DNA of 64,000 nt, taken from an uncultured delta proteobacterium (lineage in GTDB: Bacteria; Desulfobacterota; Binatia; UBA9968). The first letter of the stretch is position 1. Each line of letters starts with the position of its first letter. Positions 54,752 through 64,000 of this stretch are shown here, piece by piece. A program made the translations under genes and the position numbers. The DNA lies in contig CAWJZV010000033.1 in assembly GCA_963847445.1 (NCBI GenBank), positions 1-64,000 on the forward strand, written 5' to 3'. The notes below the pieces were generated by a model, which saw only the letters and a program-made list of their open reading frames with translations, was not told where the DNA came from and searched no databases.

Positions 54752-55963
54752 ATGAAGACTCTACAACAGCCCACCAACGCGAACTTGCGCCCCGGAAGGC
54801 GATCCGACCGATCGATCCGATCCGTCGGATCGGTCGGATCGCTACTGCTCCTGTTTGCCACCGCCACCGCCGTCTTCGGCGCCGCGGCGCCGGCAAACTT
54901 CGAGCAGGAATGGTCCAAACTCATCGCCGCGGCGAAGCAAGAAGGCAATGTCCTGATCGCCTCCGGCGGCGCGCCGTCGCGCCAGTACCGTCCGGTAATG
55001 GACGCGTTCTCGAAGAAATTCGGCATTAAAGTCGAAGTTTCCACCGGCAACGCCACCGACACGGTCAATCGCGTCTTAGCCGAACGTAAAGCCGGCAAGT
55101 TCACCGTCGATGTCGCCTTGATCAGTTCTCGCGAGAACAACCAGCGGTTGGTGCCCTCCGACTCCTTAGTCCCGTTCGCGCCCTTGCTGATCCATCCCGA
55201 AGTCCTCGACAAGTCGGCCTGGTACATGGGTCACCACTGGTACGCCGACAAGTTTTCCAAGTTCACCTTCATTTATCATGTCACCAAGGAAGACCAGTAC
55301 GAGACTTGGTACAACACCGACAAGATCAAAGACACGGAAGTCGCCACCATCAAAAAACAAACCGACTACTTCGATCCGCGCTGGAAAGGCAAAATCGCCG
55401 GCCAGGGCATGGGCGATCCATCCGGTATCCGGCAAATGATCGACAGCTATTTCGAACCGGACCGCGGCCAGGAATGGATCAAGACTTACCTGCTCAACGC
55501 CGGCGTGACTTTCAGCGACGACCGGCGAATTCTCGAGACCTGGCTGGTCGGCGGCAGATTTCCGCTCTACGCGGTTTCCACCGGCAGCGAAGAGCTCGCC
55601 ATCTTGGCGAAGAAGGGGCTGCCGATCAAACAAGTCCTGTTACCCAAGCAAGCGGCGCTGATCCGAGCGGGCGGCTCCGGCTGTTGCATCTCGGCCTTTG
55701 CCAACCCGCAGCATCCCAATGCCGCCAAGCTGTTCATCAACTGGTTCCTGTCCAAAGAAGGCCAGACGCTGACGCACACGATGATCCCCGCCATCGACCG
55801 TTCGTCGCTGCGCAACGATATCCCGATCGGTGAAGTCGTGGTCGATCAGCGCCGCGCACCTGGGAAAGAGTACGGCTTCCCCGACGCCGACCCGACCATG
55901 GGCGCGAAGCAGGAAGAAGCGCAGAAGTGGGTTTATAAAATCTGGGAGACAAGGCAAAAATAA
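54752..55963 (+). CDS. Fe3+-type ABC substrate-binding protein
   Basis: AAAKQEGNV; PQHPNAAKLFINWFLSKEGQ; AAGGA RBS. Confidence 0.9.
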   Translation: MKTLQQPTNANLRPGRRSDRSIRSVGSVGSLLLLFATATAVFGAAAPANFEQEWSKLIAAAKQEGNVLIASGGAPSRQYRPVMDAFSKKFGIKVEVSTGNATDTVNRVLAERKAGKFTVDVALISSRENNQRLVPSDSLVPFAPLLIHPEVLDKSAWYMGHHWYADKFSKFTFIYHVTKEDQYETWYNTDKIKDTEVATIKKQTDYFDPRWKGKIAGQGMGDPSGIRQMIDSYFEPDRGQEWIKTYLLNAGVTFSDDRRILETWLVGGRFPLYAVSTGSEELAILAKKGLPIKQVLLPKQAALIRAGGSGCCISAFANPQHPNAAKLFINWFLSKEGQTLTHTMIPAIDRSSLRNDIPIGEVVVDQRRAPGKEYGFPDADPTMGAKQEEAQKWVYKIWETRQK

Positions 55964-56094
55964 ATCTCCAACATGTTCAAGTCGTTCAAAACGTTCAAGC
56001 CGTTCAAATCGTCGGAAACCGCCGGTACTCGGATAGCTCCGACGACGGCTTGAACGTTTTGAACTATTTGAACGGCTTGAACGAATAGGTTCAC

Positions 56095-57883
56095 GTGGAA
56101 CGATCTCCAACACTAGATCAGCTTAGTATCGCGCCAACAATTCCCGCCCCCCGCTTAACCCGCGGCCATTTCATCATGGCGGCGGTGTTGATCGGACTCG
56201 GCTATTTTCTGCTCTGGCCGGTGCTGCTGTTATTGATCAACAGCTTCAACGCGGCCAGCGATTGGTTCGTCGAGCCGCGCACCTGGGGCACCCAGCATTG
56301 GCAGAACGCGTTTCAGCGCCCCGGCTTGGTCGCCTCGCTGGGCAACTCGGTGCTGATTTGGTCGCTCACCGTAGCGGTCAGCTTTCCGGTCGGCGTTGCC
56401 ATCGCTTGGCTGCTGGCGCGCACCAAGATCCCGTTCAGCCATACGATAGAGTTCCTGTTCTGGGTCTCTTACATGGTGCCGAGCCTGCCGACGACAATCG
56501 CCTGGATCACCTTGCTCGATCCTGACATCGGCATGATAAACGTCGGTTTGAAAAATCTCTTCGGTCTGGAGCAAGGACCGTTCAACATTTTCAGCGTGCC
56601 CGGCATCGTCTGGGCGAATCTCATGGGCCACGGCATCTCGATCAAGGTCATGCTGTTGACGCCCGCCTTCCGCAACATGGACTCGACGCTCGAAGAAGCC
56701 GCCCGGGTCGGCGGCGCGAGCAATCTGCGCACGCTATTCAAAGTCACCCTGCCGCTGATGATCTCGCCGATGATGATGGTGTTCGCCTTGCAGTTGCTGC
56801 GGGTATTCCAATCCTTTGAAACGGAATATCTGCTCGGCATGCCGTTCGGCTTTTTCGTCTATTCGACCAAGATCTTCTCTCTAGTGCGCAACCAAGTGCC
56901 CAACTACGGCGAGGCGACGGTGCTGGCGAGTCTGACGCTGGCGATGATCGTCTTGATCATTCCGCTGCAGCGCTGGATCCTGGAGCGGCGCCGCTACACG
57001 ACGATTACCGGCAGCTTTCGCCCCGGCCTGATCGATCTTGGCAAGTGGAACTACATCGCCTTCGCGCATCCTCGATCACGCTCCTGGCGCTGCTCGACCG
57101 TCGGTCCCATGGTGATACTTGTTCTCGGCAGTTTTATGCAGCGCATCGGCTACTTCGTTTTGGGCTTCACTCTCGAACACTGGCGTTTTGTGCTCACCGA
57201 TCCGGTTTTCGTCAAAGCGCTGCGCACGACGTTGACGCTGGCGCTCACCGCGGCGCTGCTGAGCCCGCTGATTTTTTCCGTGCTCGCCTACATTCTCGTG
57301 CGCACGAAACTGCCGGGACGTTCGGCCCTCGATTTGATGATCTGGAGCGCCGGCGCCATCCCCGGCATTCTCGCCGGCCTTGGGCTCTTGTGGATGTTTC
57401 ATCGGCACGCCGGGGTTGAATGCGCTCTTCGGCACCATCTGGGCGCTCATCATCGTCGTCATCCTGCAAGGCAAAACCACCGGCGTGAATATCATGAAAG
57501 GCGTGCTCGTGCAGGTCGGCGCCGACATGGAAGAAGCCGCGCGAGTCTCCGGCGCCGGCTGGATCAGAACCTATTGCAAAATCTGGCTGCCGCTCTTGAT
57601 GCCGACTTTGGTCCTGTTGGCGGTGATGAACTTCGTCACCGCCGCCGGCGCCACCAGCAGCATTATTTTACTCGCTTCGCGCGACACCATGACGCTCTCG
57701 TTAATGGCCCTGGAGCTCTCCGCCAACGCCGTCAGCAACCGCGAAGCCGCCAGCATCATCAGCATCTTCATCATCGCTTTCACCGTCACCGGCGCACTGC
57801 TGGTGCGCTACTTCGGCCGCCGCTTCGGCGTCCGCCACGATATGCACGCCGGCCCCAGCGGCAACACACCTGCCGCGGTGTGA
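56095..57883 (+). CDS. FbpB-type fused ABC permease (frameshifts near 57070-57100 and 57400)
   Basis: Two EAA motifs: LEEAARVGGA and MEEAARVSGA. Confidence 0.9.
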
Positions 57884-58037
57884 ATCGAGCATTCCGGCAA
57901 GAGGCAAATACGAGACTCACCACGAAGAGCACGAAGGTAGGAAGAAGAAATTGTTTCCGAACCCTTCGTGATCTTCGTGTCCTCCTTCGAGATACATGTG
58001 AGGGGATGAGATGCACAACAACGAGCCTGCGTGGCTC

Positions 58038-58117
58038 CGTCATACCCGCGAAAGCGGGTATCCAGGCCAACTCGGCCGTAGCGACAAACCTGGATTCCCG
58101 CGTGCGCGGGAATGACG
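58038..58117. repeat. GTCAT-CCCGCG..CGCGGG-ATGAC palindromic doublet
   Basis: cgtcatacccgcgaaagcgggtatccagg ... cctggattcccgcgtgcgcgggaatgacg. Confidence 0.9.
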
Positions 58118-58236
58118 AATTTGGGGGATTATGTTCTGGGAATGCCAACCATTTTTATGCTCTGTAGGCGAGCGTTAAGCTCATGAACCACTTCGTGGTA
58201 AAATAGTTTCTTGACTATTCTAGTAACAAGCGGCAA

Positions 58237-59323
58237 ATGGCAAACATGATCACTTCGCCGCCGCGCTCCCTTCGCTTCCTCTTCATCGCTCTCGCCGGCC
58301 TCTCGCTGCTTTTCGGCATCTGGATCGGCGTGGCCCGGCTTGGCTTTGCTCTGCCGCTCCCGAGTCCGGCTCATGATCTCACTGCACGGCCCGCTGATGG
58401 CCGTGGGCTTCTTGCTGACGCTGATCGGCCTGGAGCGCGCCGCTACGCTGGACCGCTGGTGGGTTTACGGTGTGCCGCTGCTGAGCATCTTGAGCATGCT
58501 CTCATTGCTCACCGACTTGCCCAGCGCCAGCACAGCGGTCCTTGCCGCGGGCTCGGCCCTGCTGCTCACTTTGTTTTTCGTCGAGCTTTATAATCGCCAG
58601 CCTGAAGAGCATTTCATTGTCATGGCGGTGAGCGCCGCCGTGCTTGCCTGCGGCAATCTGCTCTGGCTCACCGAAACGACCCTGCATCGCGTCGTTCCTT
58701 GGTGGGCCGGATTTTTAATTCTAATGATCGCCGGCGAACGGCTCGAACTGACGCGCCTGCGCCGCCCGAAGTCATGGGTTCGTGGCTCGTTTCGTCTCGC
58801 CGTGATTATTCTAATTGCCGGCCTGGTGACATCGCCATGGGAGTTCCGCCTCGGCGTGCGCATCGCCGGCGCCGGCATGATCGCCATGGCGCTGTGGCTG
58901 CTGCGCTACGATCTCGCCTGGCAGAGCATTACACAACCCGGCTTACCGCGCTTCATGGCCGCTGGGCTCATCGCCGGTTATTTTTGGCTCGCCGTCGGCG
59001 GCGTTTTCTGGATTTGGTTCGCGCGTTTCTTCGGCGCCGGACCGCTTTACGACGCCATGCTCCATACGGTGTTGCTCGGCTTCGTCTTCTCGATGATCTT
59101 CGCCCATGGGCCAATCATATTGCCGGCGATCACCCAACTGGCTTTGCCGTTTCACTATCGTTTTTATCTTCATGCCGGCTTGCTGCATCTCTCACTGCTA
59201 GTCCGCATCGCCGGCGATCTCGCGTTGTTGCCGGGAGGACAGCAATGGGGTGGCGTGCTCGGTGCCCTCGCCATTTTGATGTTTCTCTTGAACACTATTC
59301 ACGCTTTGGTTTCGGCGCGCTGA
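58237..59323 (+). CDS. Multi-pass membrane protein, NnrS-like (frameshift near 58370)
   Basis: HGPLM..GFLLTLIGLERA; IAGERLEL; YDAMLH..LGFVFSMIFAH. Confidence 0.72.
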
Positions 59324-59411
59324 GGTTGCTGGCGCAAGCGTGGATTTGCTACACTGCGTTACCAATGAGAATGAACCCGGCCGCGAAACGAACCGAGGGA
59401 TGGGAGAACTA

Positions 59412-59855
59412 ATGACTTATTACTACCGCGCTTTACCTATTTTGCTGGGATTGATCGTCGCCACGACATCATCCGCCTCCGCCGACATCGGCCAGATCAA
59501 GAATGTCAGCGGCGCAGTTTTCATTCTCCGCCAAAGCGTCCAGCAGCCGGCCAAGGCGGGCGACCTCGTGCAACAGTCCGATGTACTCATCACCGGCGCC
59601 AACGGCGCCGTCGGCCTGACCTTCATCGACAGCTCGCGTCTATCCGCCGGCCCCAATAGCCGCATCGAGCTCAAACAGTTCCGCTTCAATCCGACCACCC
59701 ATGACGGCGAGTTTGTCACCGACGTGCAGCGCGGGACGTTAGCGGTGGTCTCCGGGCAGATCGCCAAACGCTCCCCCGACGCGATGAAAGTAAAAACCCC
59801 GACCACCATCCTCGGCGTGCGCGGCACCACCTTCGCAGTCCAAGTTGAAGAATAA
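59412..59855 (+). CDS. Secreted stand-alone FecR-domain protein
   Basis: Signal peptide; TGANGAVGLTFIDSSRLSAGPNS; TPTTILGVRGT. Confidence 0.87.
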   Translation: MTYYYRALPILLGLIVATTSSASADIGQIKNVSGAVFILRQSVQQPAKAGDLVQQSDVLITGANGAVGLTFIDSSRLSAGPNSRIELKQFRFNPTTHDGEFVTDVQRGTLAVVSGQIAKRSPDAMKVKTPTTILGVRGTTFAVQVEE

Positions 59856-60501
59856 AAATTTCCCGCCGAGTTTCCGATGGCTCGATTGGCGACTGCGTCA
59901 CGCTTTCTGCGCGTATGCAGCGTGCGCCGTACTCGCCGGCTGCGCGACGGTCAAGCCCGCGCCCAAGATCAACACCTATGTCGTGCTGCTGCCGGAAGAG
60001 GGCGGTGCGCCCACGTCGGTTATTGTCGGTGAGGGTGCGCATGCGCTGACTTTGGATCAACCGTTGAGCGGCGCAACTGTCGACAGCGAGGGAAAGATTG
60101 AACGAAAATCTCCCACTGCCGCGGAGGCCGACAAAACCTTCGCCGCGGCGCTGGCGGCTCAGCCACCCAAGCCGATCAGCTTCACGCTTTACTTCGACAC
60201 CAACAGTACCCAGATCACTACCGCGTCGCGGGCGCAACTCGACGCGCTGATGGCGGAAGCGGCGCGCCGCCAAGCCGTCGAAGTTCAAGTCACCGGCCAC
60301 ACCGACCGCGTCGGCAACGCTGCCGACAACGACCGGCTGTCTTTGCAGCGCGCCGAAACAATGCGCACGATGCTGGTCCAGAACGGCATCAAAGCGACGT
60401 TCATCCGAGCCGTCGGCCGTGGCGAACGGGAGCCCCTGGTTCCCACCGCCGACGAGCAACCCGAAGCGCGCAATCGCCGCGTCGAAGTCCTATTGCGCTA
60501 A
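59845..60501 (+). CDS. OmpA-family lipoprotein
   Basis: LAGC lipobox; LYFDTNS, GHTD, LSLQRA, NRRVEV; start uncertain. Confidence 0.9.
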   Translation: MKNKNFPPSFRWLDWRLRHAFCAYAACAVLAGCATVKPAPKINTYVVLLPEEGGAPTSVIVGEGAHALTLDQPLSGATVDSEGKIERKSPTAAEADKTFAAALAAQPPKPISFTLYFDTNSTQITTASRAQLDALMAEAARRQAVEVQVTGHTDRVGNAADNDRLSLQRAETMRTMLVQNGIKATFIRAVGRGEREPLVPTADEQPEARNRRVEVLLR

Positions 60502-60589
60502 TTTCGAACGAATGAATAAGCCTGCCGATGGAAAGGACTTCGAGGCGGGCTCTTCGTTAGGTCTCGAGACTTGGATAGCCAGCCAATCT

Positions 60590-62754
60590 TCACAGCGCGG
60601 ACGGCGCTCCTGACGAAGCTTTGCGATAGCCAACTGCCAGCAGCAGTCAGATCGTCGGACGGCGCAGCTTTATCGGTAAAGTGCTTCACCTCGGTATGTA
60701 GCATCTGACAAACCGCTGCGGCGCTCCTCGGTGGATCCTTAGCCAAGCACTGAAGCGTTCGCGCCTAAGCCAAACTGCGCTTGGCCGCCATCTTCCGCCT
60801 CGGTTACACCGTCGGTAATCAATAGCAAAATATCGCCGTCGCTCAGCCGCAAGCGCTGCGTCGGATAGGCGAACCCATGATCGAGACAGAGCGGCGGTCC
60901 GCCAGCGCGATCGAGCTCGCGCGGCGCGTCCCGCGGACGCAAGAGAATCGCTGGGTTGTGGCCGGCGTTGCAGAGCTCCAACTCACCCGAACTGCTATCG
61001 ATGACTCCGATAAGGGCCGTGACGAACATCGCCGTCGGATTTTCCCGCGAGATTTCATCGTTTACCGAACTTAGCACTTGGCCGAGGTTCGATGGCTCGC
61101 GCCGCGCCAGGCTCTTGCACAACGTCTTGGTCAGCGCCATGAACAACGATGCCGGCACGCCTTTGCCGGAAACGTCGCCGATCATGAAAAACAATCGCCG
61201 CTCGTCGAGCATGAACGCATCGTATAGATCGCCGCCAACTTCCTGGGCCGGCTCCAATAGCGCAAAGAAATCGAGATTGGCCGGCATTCCCGTCGATCGA
61301 ATTGGGATCGGGCAACATGCCCATTTGAATTTCCCGCGCCGCACGGAGCTCGCCGGCGGCACGGAGCCGTTCGTTGCGCTCGACCGCCAACTCGGCATCG
61401 AGTTCCCGGCGCCGCCGCAGGGCCGCCGAAAATCCCGCCGTAAGTAGCAGACCGACCATCACGCCGTTGGCCGCCGCCGGCAGTGTCGGATCGTAGAGCA
61501 CGTGAATCTTTTGAAAAGCGATGAAGCTGGCGATCACGAGAGTTGCCGCTATGGCGCCAGTACAGTGCGACGCCGATGGCCGGTCGACGCCGGGGTAGAG
61601 CCACGATCAGGACGATGCCGAAGGTGACCAGCCCAAGGAGTTCCCACCAGCGCGCCACCGATGGCCGGATCAAGCGGGCACCGAAGAGAATATTCTCGAC
61701 CAGCTGGGCATGAATCTCGACGCCGTCCATGCGCGAGCCTACGGGCGTTGCCGCGACGTCGCTGATGCCCACGGCGGTGGCCCCGATAATCGCCACCTGA
61801 TTCGCAAGCGCCTTGGGCGCCACAGCACCGCGGAGAATCGCCGCCGCCGACACCCGCCGATAGCGATGAGCGAGCGAGTAATACAAACGCAGGCTGCCGT
61901 TGCGGTCCGTCGGAATGAATGACGTACCGATCTGCACTCCGACGTATGCCGTTGCGATCACTGCGCACGGAATACGCCGCTTGGCCAGTCGCCACCCGCA
62001 ACAGTTCGACGGCGAAAGCCGGCGCGATCAAGCCGTTGACGCTCAGCACCAATGGCATATTCCGGATAACCCCGTCGCCGTCGCGGCTATCGTTCAAATA
62101 GCCGCGGCCATGGGCAACCGCTTCAAGCTCCGGCAGATTAACGATCTGCCCTTCATAGGTCGGGGCAAATCGCTGTGGCGCTGCGCCGGAAATCACTGCT
62201 GGAGTTTGGCTCGGTATCGAAGACTTCCCCGGAGGCGCGTCGACCAGCGCGGCGCGGCCGAGCACCGACGGAACCTGACGCAAGGTATCGGCGAGAATGG
62301 CATCGTTGGGCGGCAGCGCAGCGAGCGCTTTGCGTAACTCGAGCGATGTGTCTTCACGCTCGGCTAACAGCCGCTGCGGCGATTGGCTATCGGCTTCCGG
62401 CAGAATCATGTCGAGACCGACAGCGAGGGCACCGAGGCGATGGCTTGCGCTGACCAGCTGCGCCAAGCGGGTGCGCGGCCAGGGCCAGCGGCCGAACTGT
62501 TGCAGGCTTTCATCATCGATGTCGACGATCACCGCCGGCAACGTGGTAACCTGACGCGGCATCACCCGTTGGTAAGCGTCGAACCAAAGGTTCCGCACTG
62601 GGCTCCATGCCGTCTCGCCAAAGGCGATTTGCGCCAATGCCATCAACGCCAAGAGCCCAATCGCGGCCTTGCGGCCGTTATCGGCGCCCAAACGATCGAG
62701 CAGCGGCTGGCTGAACCCACCGCTACGTGGCAATGATTCCTGGGGCGTCGCCAC
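60590..62754 (-). CDS. CHASE2 sensor with PP2C/SpoIIE phosphatase domain (several frameshifts)
   Basis: IVDIDDESL..GRWPWPR, DGVEIHAQ, TMs, EVGGDLYD, GDVSGKG, NAGH, TDGVTEA, SDDLT. Confidence 0.88.
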
Positions 62755-62758
62755 GAAT

Positions 62759-63723
62759 TTACAGATCGATGACTAAGCCGTCGTAAGCGGTCGAGACTTG
62801 GAGAGAATTATTTTCACCGGCGATCTCGGCGTAACGCTGGGTTTCGCCGAGGACCGAATAGATTGTGTCGTCGCTGTACGACGGTTCGTGGTGGAACATA
62901 CAATAATGCTTGACCTGGGCGCGCAAACATAAATCGACACCGACAATATTGCTCGAATGTCCCCAGTCCGCCTTGGCATCGATCATTTCGTTGAACGAAT
63001 ACATGGAGTCGAACACGACCAGATCGGCGTCGCGGTAAAATTCCACCATCGCCGCGGTTTCGTTCTCCGACTCGAGCTTATGTTCGCCGTCGGTCGAGTA
63101 CACCATGCTCCGGCCGTTTTTCTCGAATCGATAACCGTAGGAATCGCCGGGATGGGGTTGCAGTTTCGCCTTGACGCGCAGACCGTCGATCTCGTACCAG
63201 CGATCCGTCTGCCAGCGGAACAAAGCTGATGTTCGCGCGCAACTGATCCCAATGCACCGGGAAACAGGGATCGGATTGCTGGCGCCGAAAAGCTTCCTCG
63301 AGCACAGCCAGCGAATGACCGCCATGTATGCGTATGGTATTGCCGGGGATGTAAGCCGGCGGGAAAAATGGAAACCCCATGATATGGTCCCAATGCACGT
63401 GGGACATGAAGAAATTATAAACTTGCGGCCGGGCCGATCCATGTTGAGCCAGCACTTGTTGACCAAAACAGCGCAGTCCCGAGCCCATGTCGCATAAAGT
63501 GTAGTGGTCGCCGCCGATGACTCTCGACACTCGATGTGTTGCCGCCGTAGCCGCTGCGCAAGGGGAATTCCAAGTCCGTATCGATGAACCGGTCAAGGGC
63601 CGCTTCGTCGGCGAACTGGCGGCCGGCGGCTTTTAGCAGAGCGCGCTTGATCTTGTCGCGGATGACCGCACCTTCGGTGGCTGTCGGCAGCGAACCGCGG
63701 GTGCCCCAAAAGCGGATGCGCAT
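62759..63723 (-). CDS. MBL-fold metallo-hydrolase (frameshifts near 63525 and 63210)
   Basis: FWGTRGS, YGGNTS, SHVHWDHIMGFPFF, HPG, TDGE, WGHS, FHHEP. Confidence 0.88.
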
Positions 63724-63740
63724 AAGTTCTTTCCGTGCCC

Positions 63741-64000
63741 TTACTTCAAGCCACCTGCGACGACGCCGCCCAAACGACAGGCCGAGTGAAATACCAGGCA
63801 AAGCACGTTGCGTTCGCTATCGCGCCGATAACTCGCCCGGTCCACCAGAGCGCGCATCATCGGCACGCCGACGCCGCCCAAACCGCGTTGATCGATATCG
63901 ACGGCGAGATCGGGCTCGGGCATGGCGAGGATGTCAAAAGGCTGTCCGCCGTCAACGAATTCTAACTCCAAGCATTGGACCGTCGATCAGCCGGCAGACC
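63741..64000 (-). CDS. Anti-sigma factor kinase (RsbW-like HATPase), 5' end outside the window
   Basis: DGGQPFD, RGLGGVGV..MRALVD..SYRR...N. Confidence 0.8.

Noticed and set aside
56095-58167. 690-aa permease as given in the ORF track
   Set aside because: The C-terminus is out of frame after ~57400 and runs into repeats; the true stop is 57883.
8607-63723. Programmed ribosomal frameshifting or phase variation
   Set aside because: No consistent slippery motif or long homopolymer at the breaks, and too many unrelated genes are affected.
1-64000. tRNA, rRNA, riboswitch, prophage or integrase
   Set aside because: None recognised by eye; Infernal or tRNAscan would be needed to exclude small structured RNAs, for example in the cmoA leader.

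Overview
A GC-rich bacterial chromosomal segment. The gene content (many NMT1/SsuA- and Fe3+-type substrate-binding proteins, an ABC_sub_bind remnant, four amidohydrolase-2 paralogs) resembles Candidatus Binatia/Binatota; that attribution is inference. About 57 genes are recognisable, and roughly 25 carry apparent single-base frameshifts, most likely long-read assembly errors. No rRNA, tRNA, CRISPR array or prophage was seen. Main points: (1) an AT-richer envelope-modification island (21-30 kb) in which an orphan carboxy-SAM synthase cmoA, with no cmoB, lies directly upstream of an ICMT/LmtA-like membrane methyltransferase, between two ArnT-like genes and a CusRS/CopRS-like two-component system, with a matching cop-box promoter upstream of both cmoA and arnT; (2) a scrambled, internally inverted ABC substrate-binding gene whose last 69 bp recur after a BrnT-type toxin-antitoxin cassette; (3) at least seven families of nested palindromic intergenic repeats plus a REP-associated tyrosine transposase, with two repeats apparently recruited into signal-peptide coding sequence; (4) an island of unusual secreted proteins with a 304-bp duplication (0.2-5.4 kb); (5) three further modules: desaturase/cNMP/M50-like, Tat-type aldo-keto reductase/Npt-like transporter, and FecR/OmpA/CHASE2-PP2C/MBL/anti-sigma.
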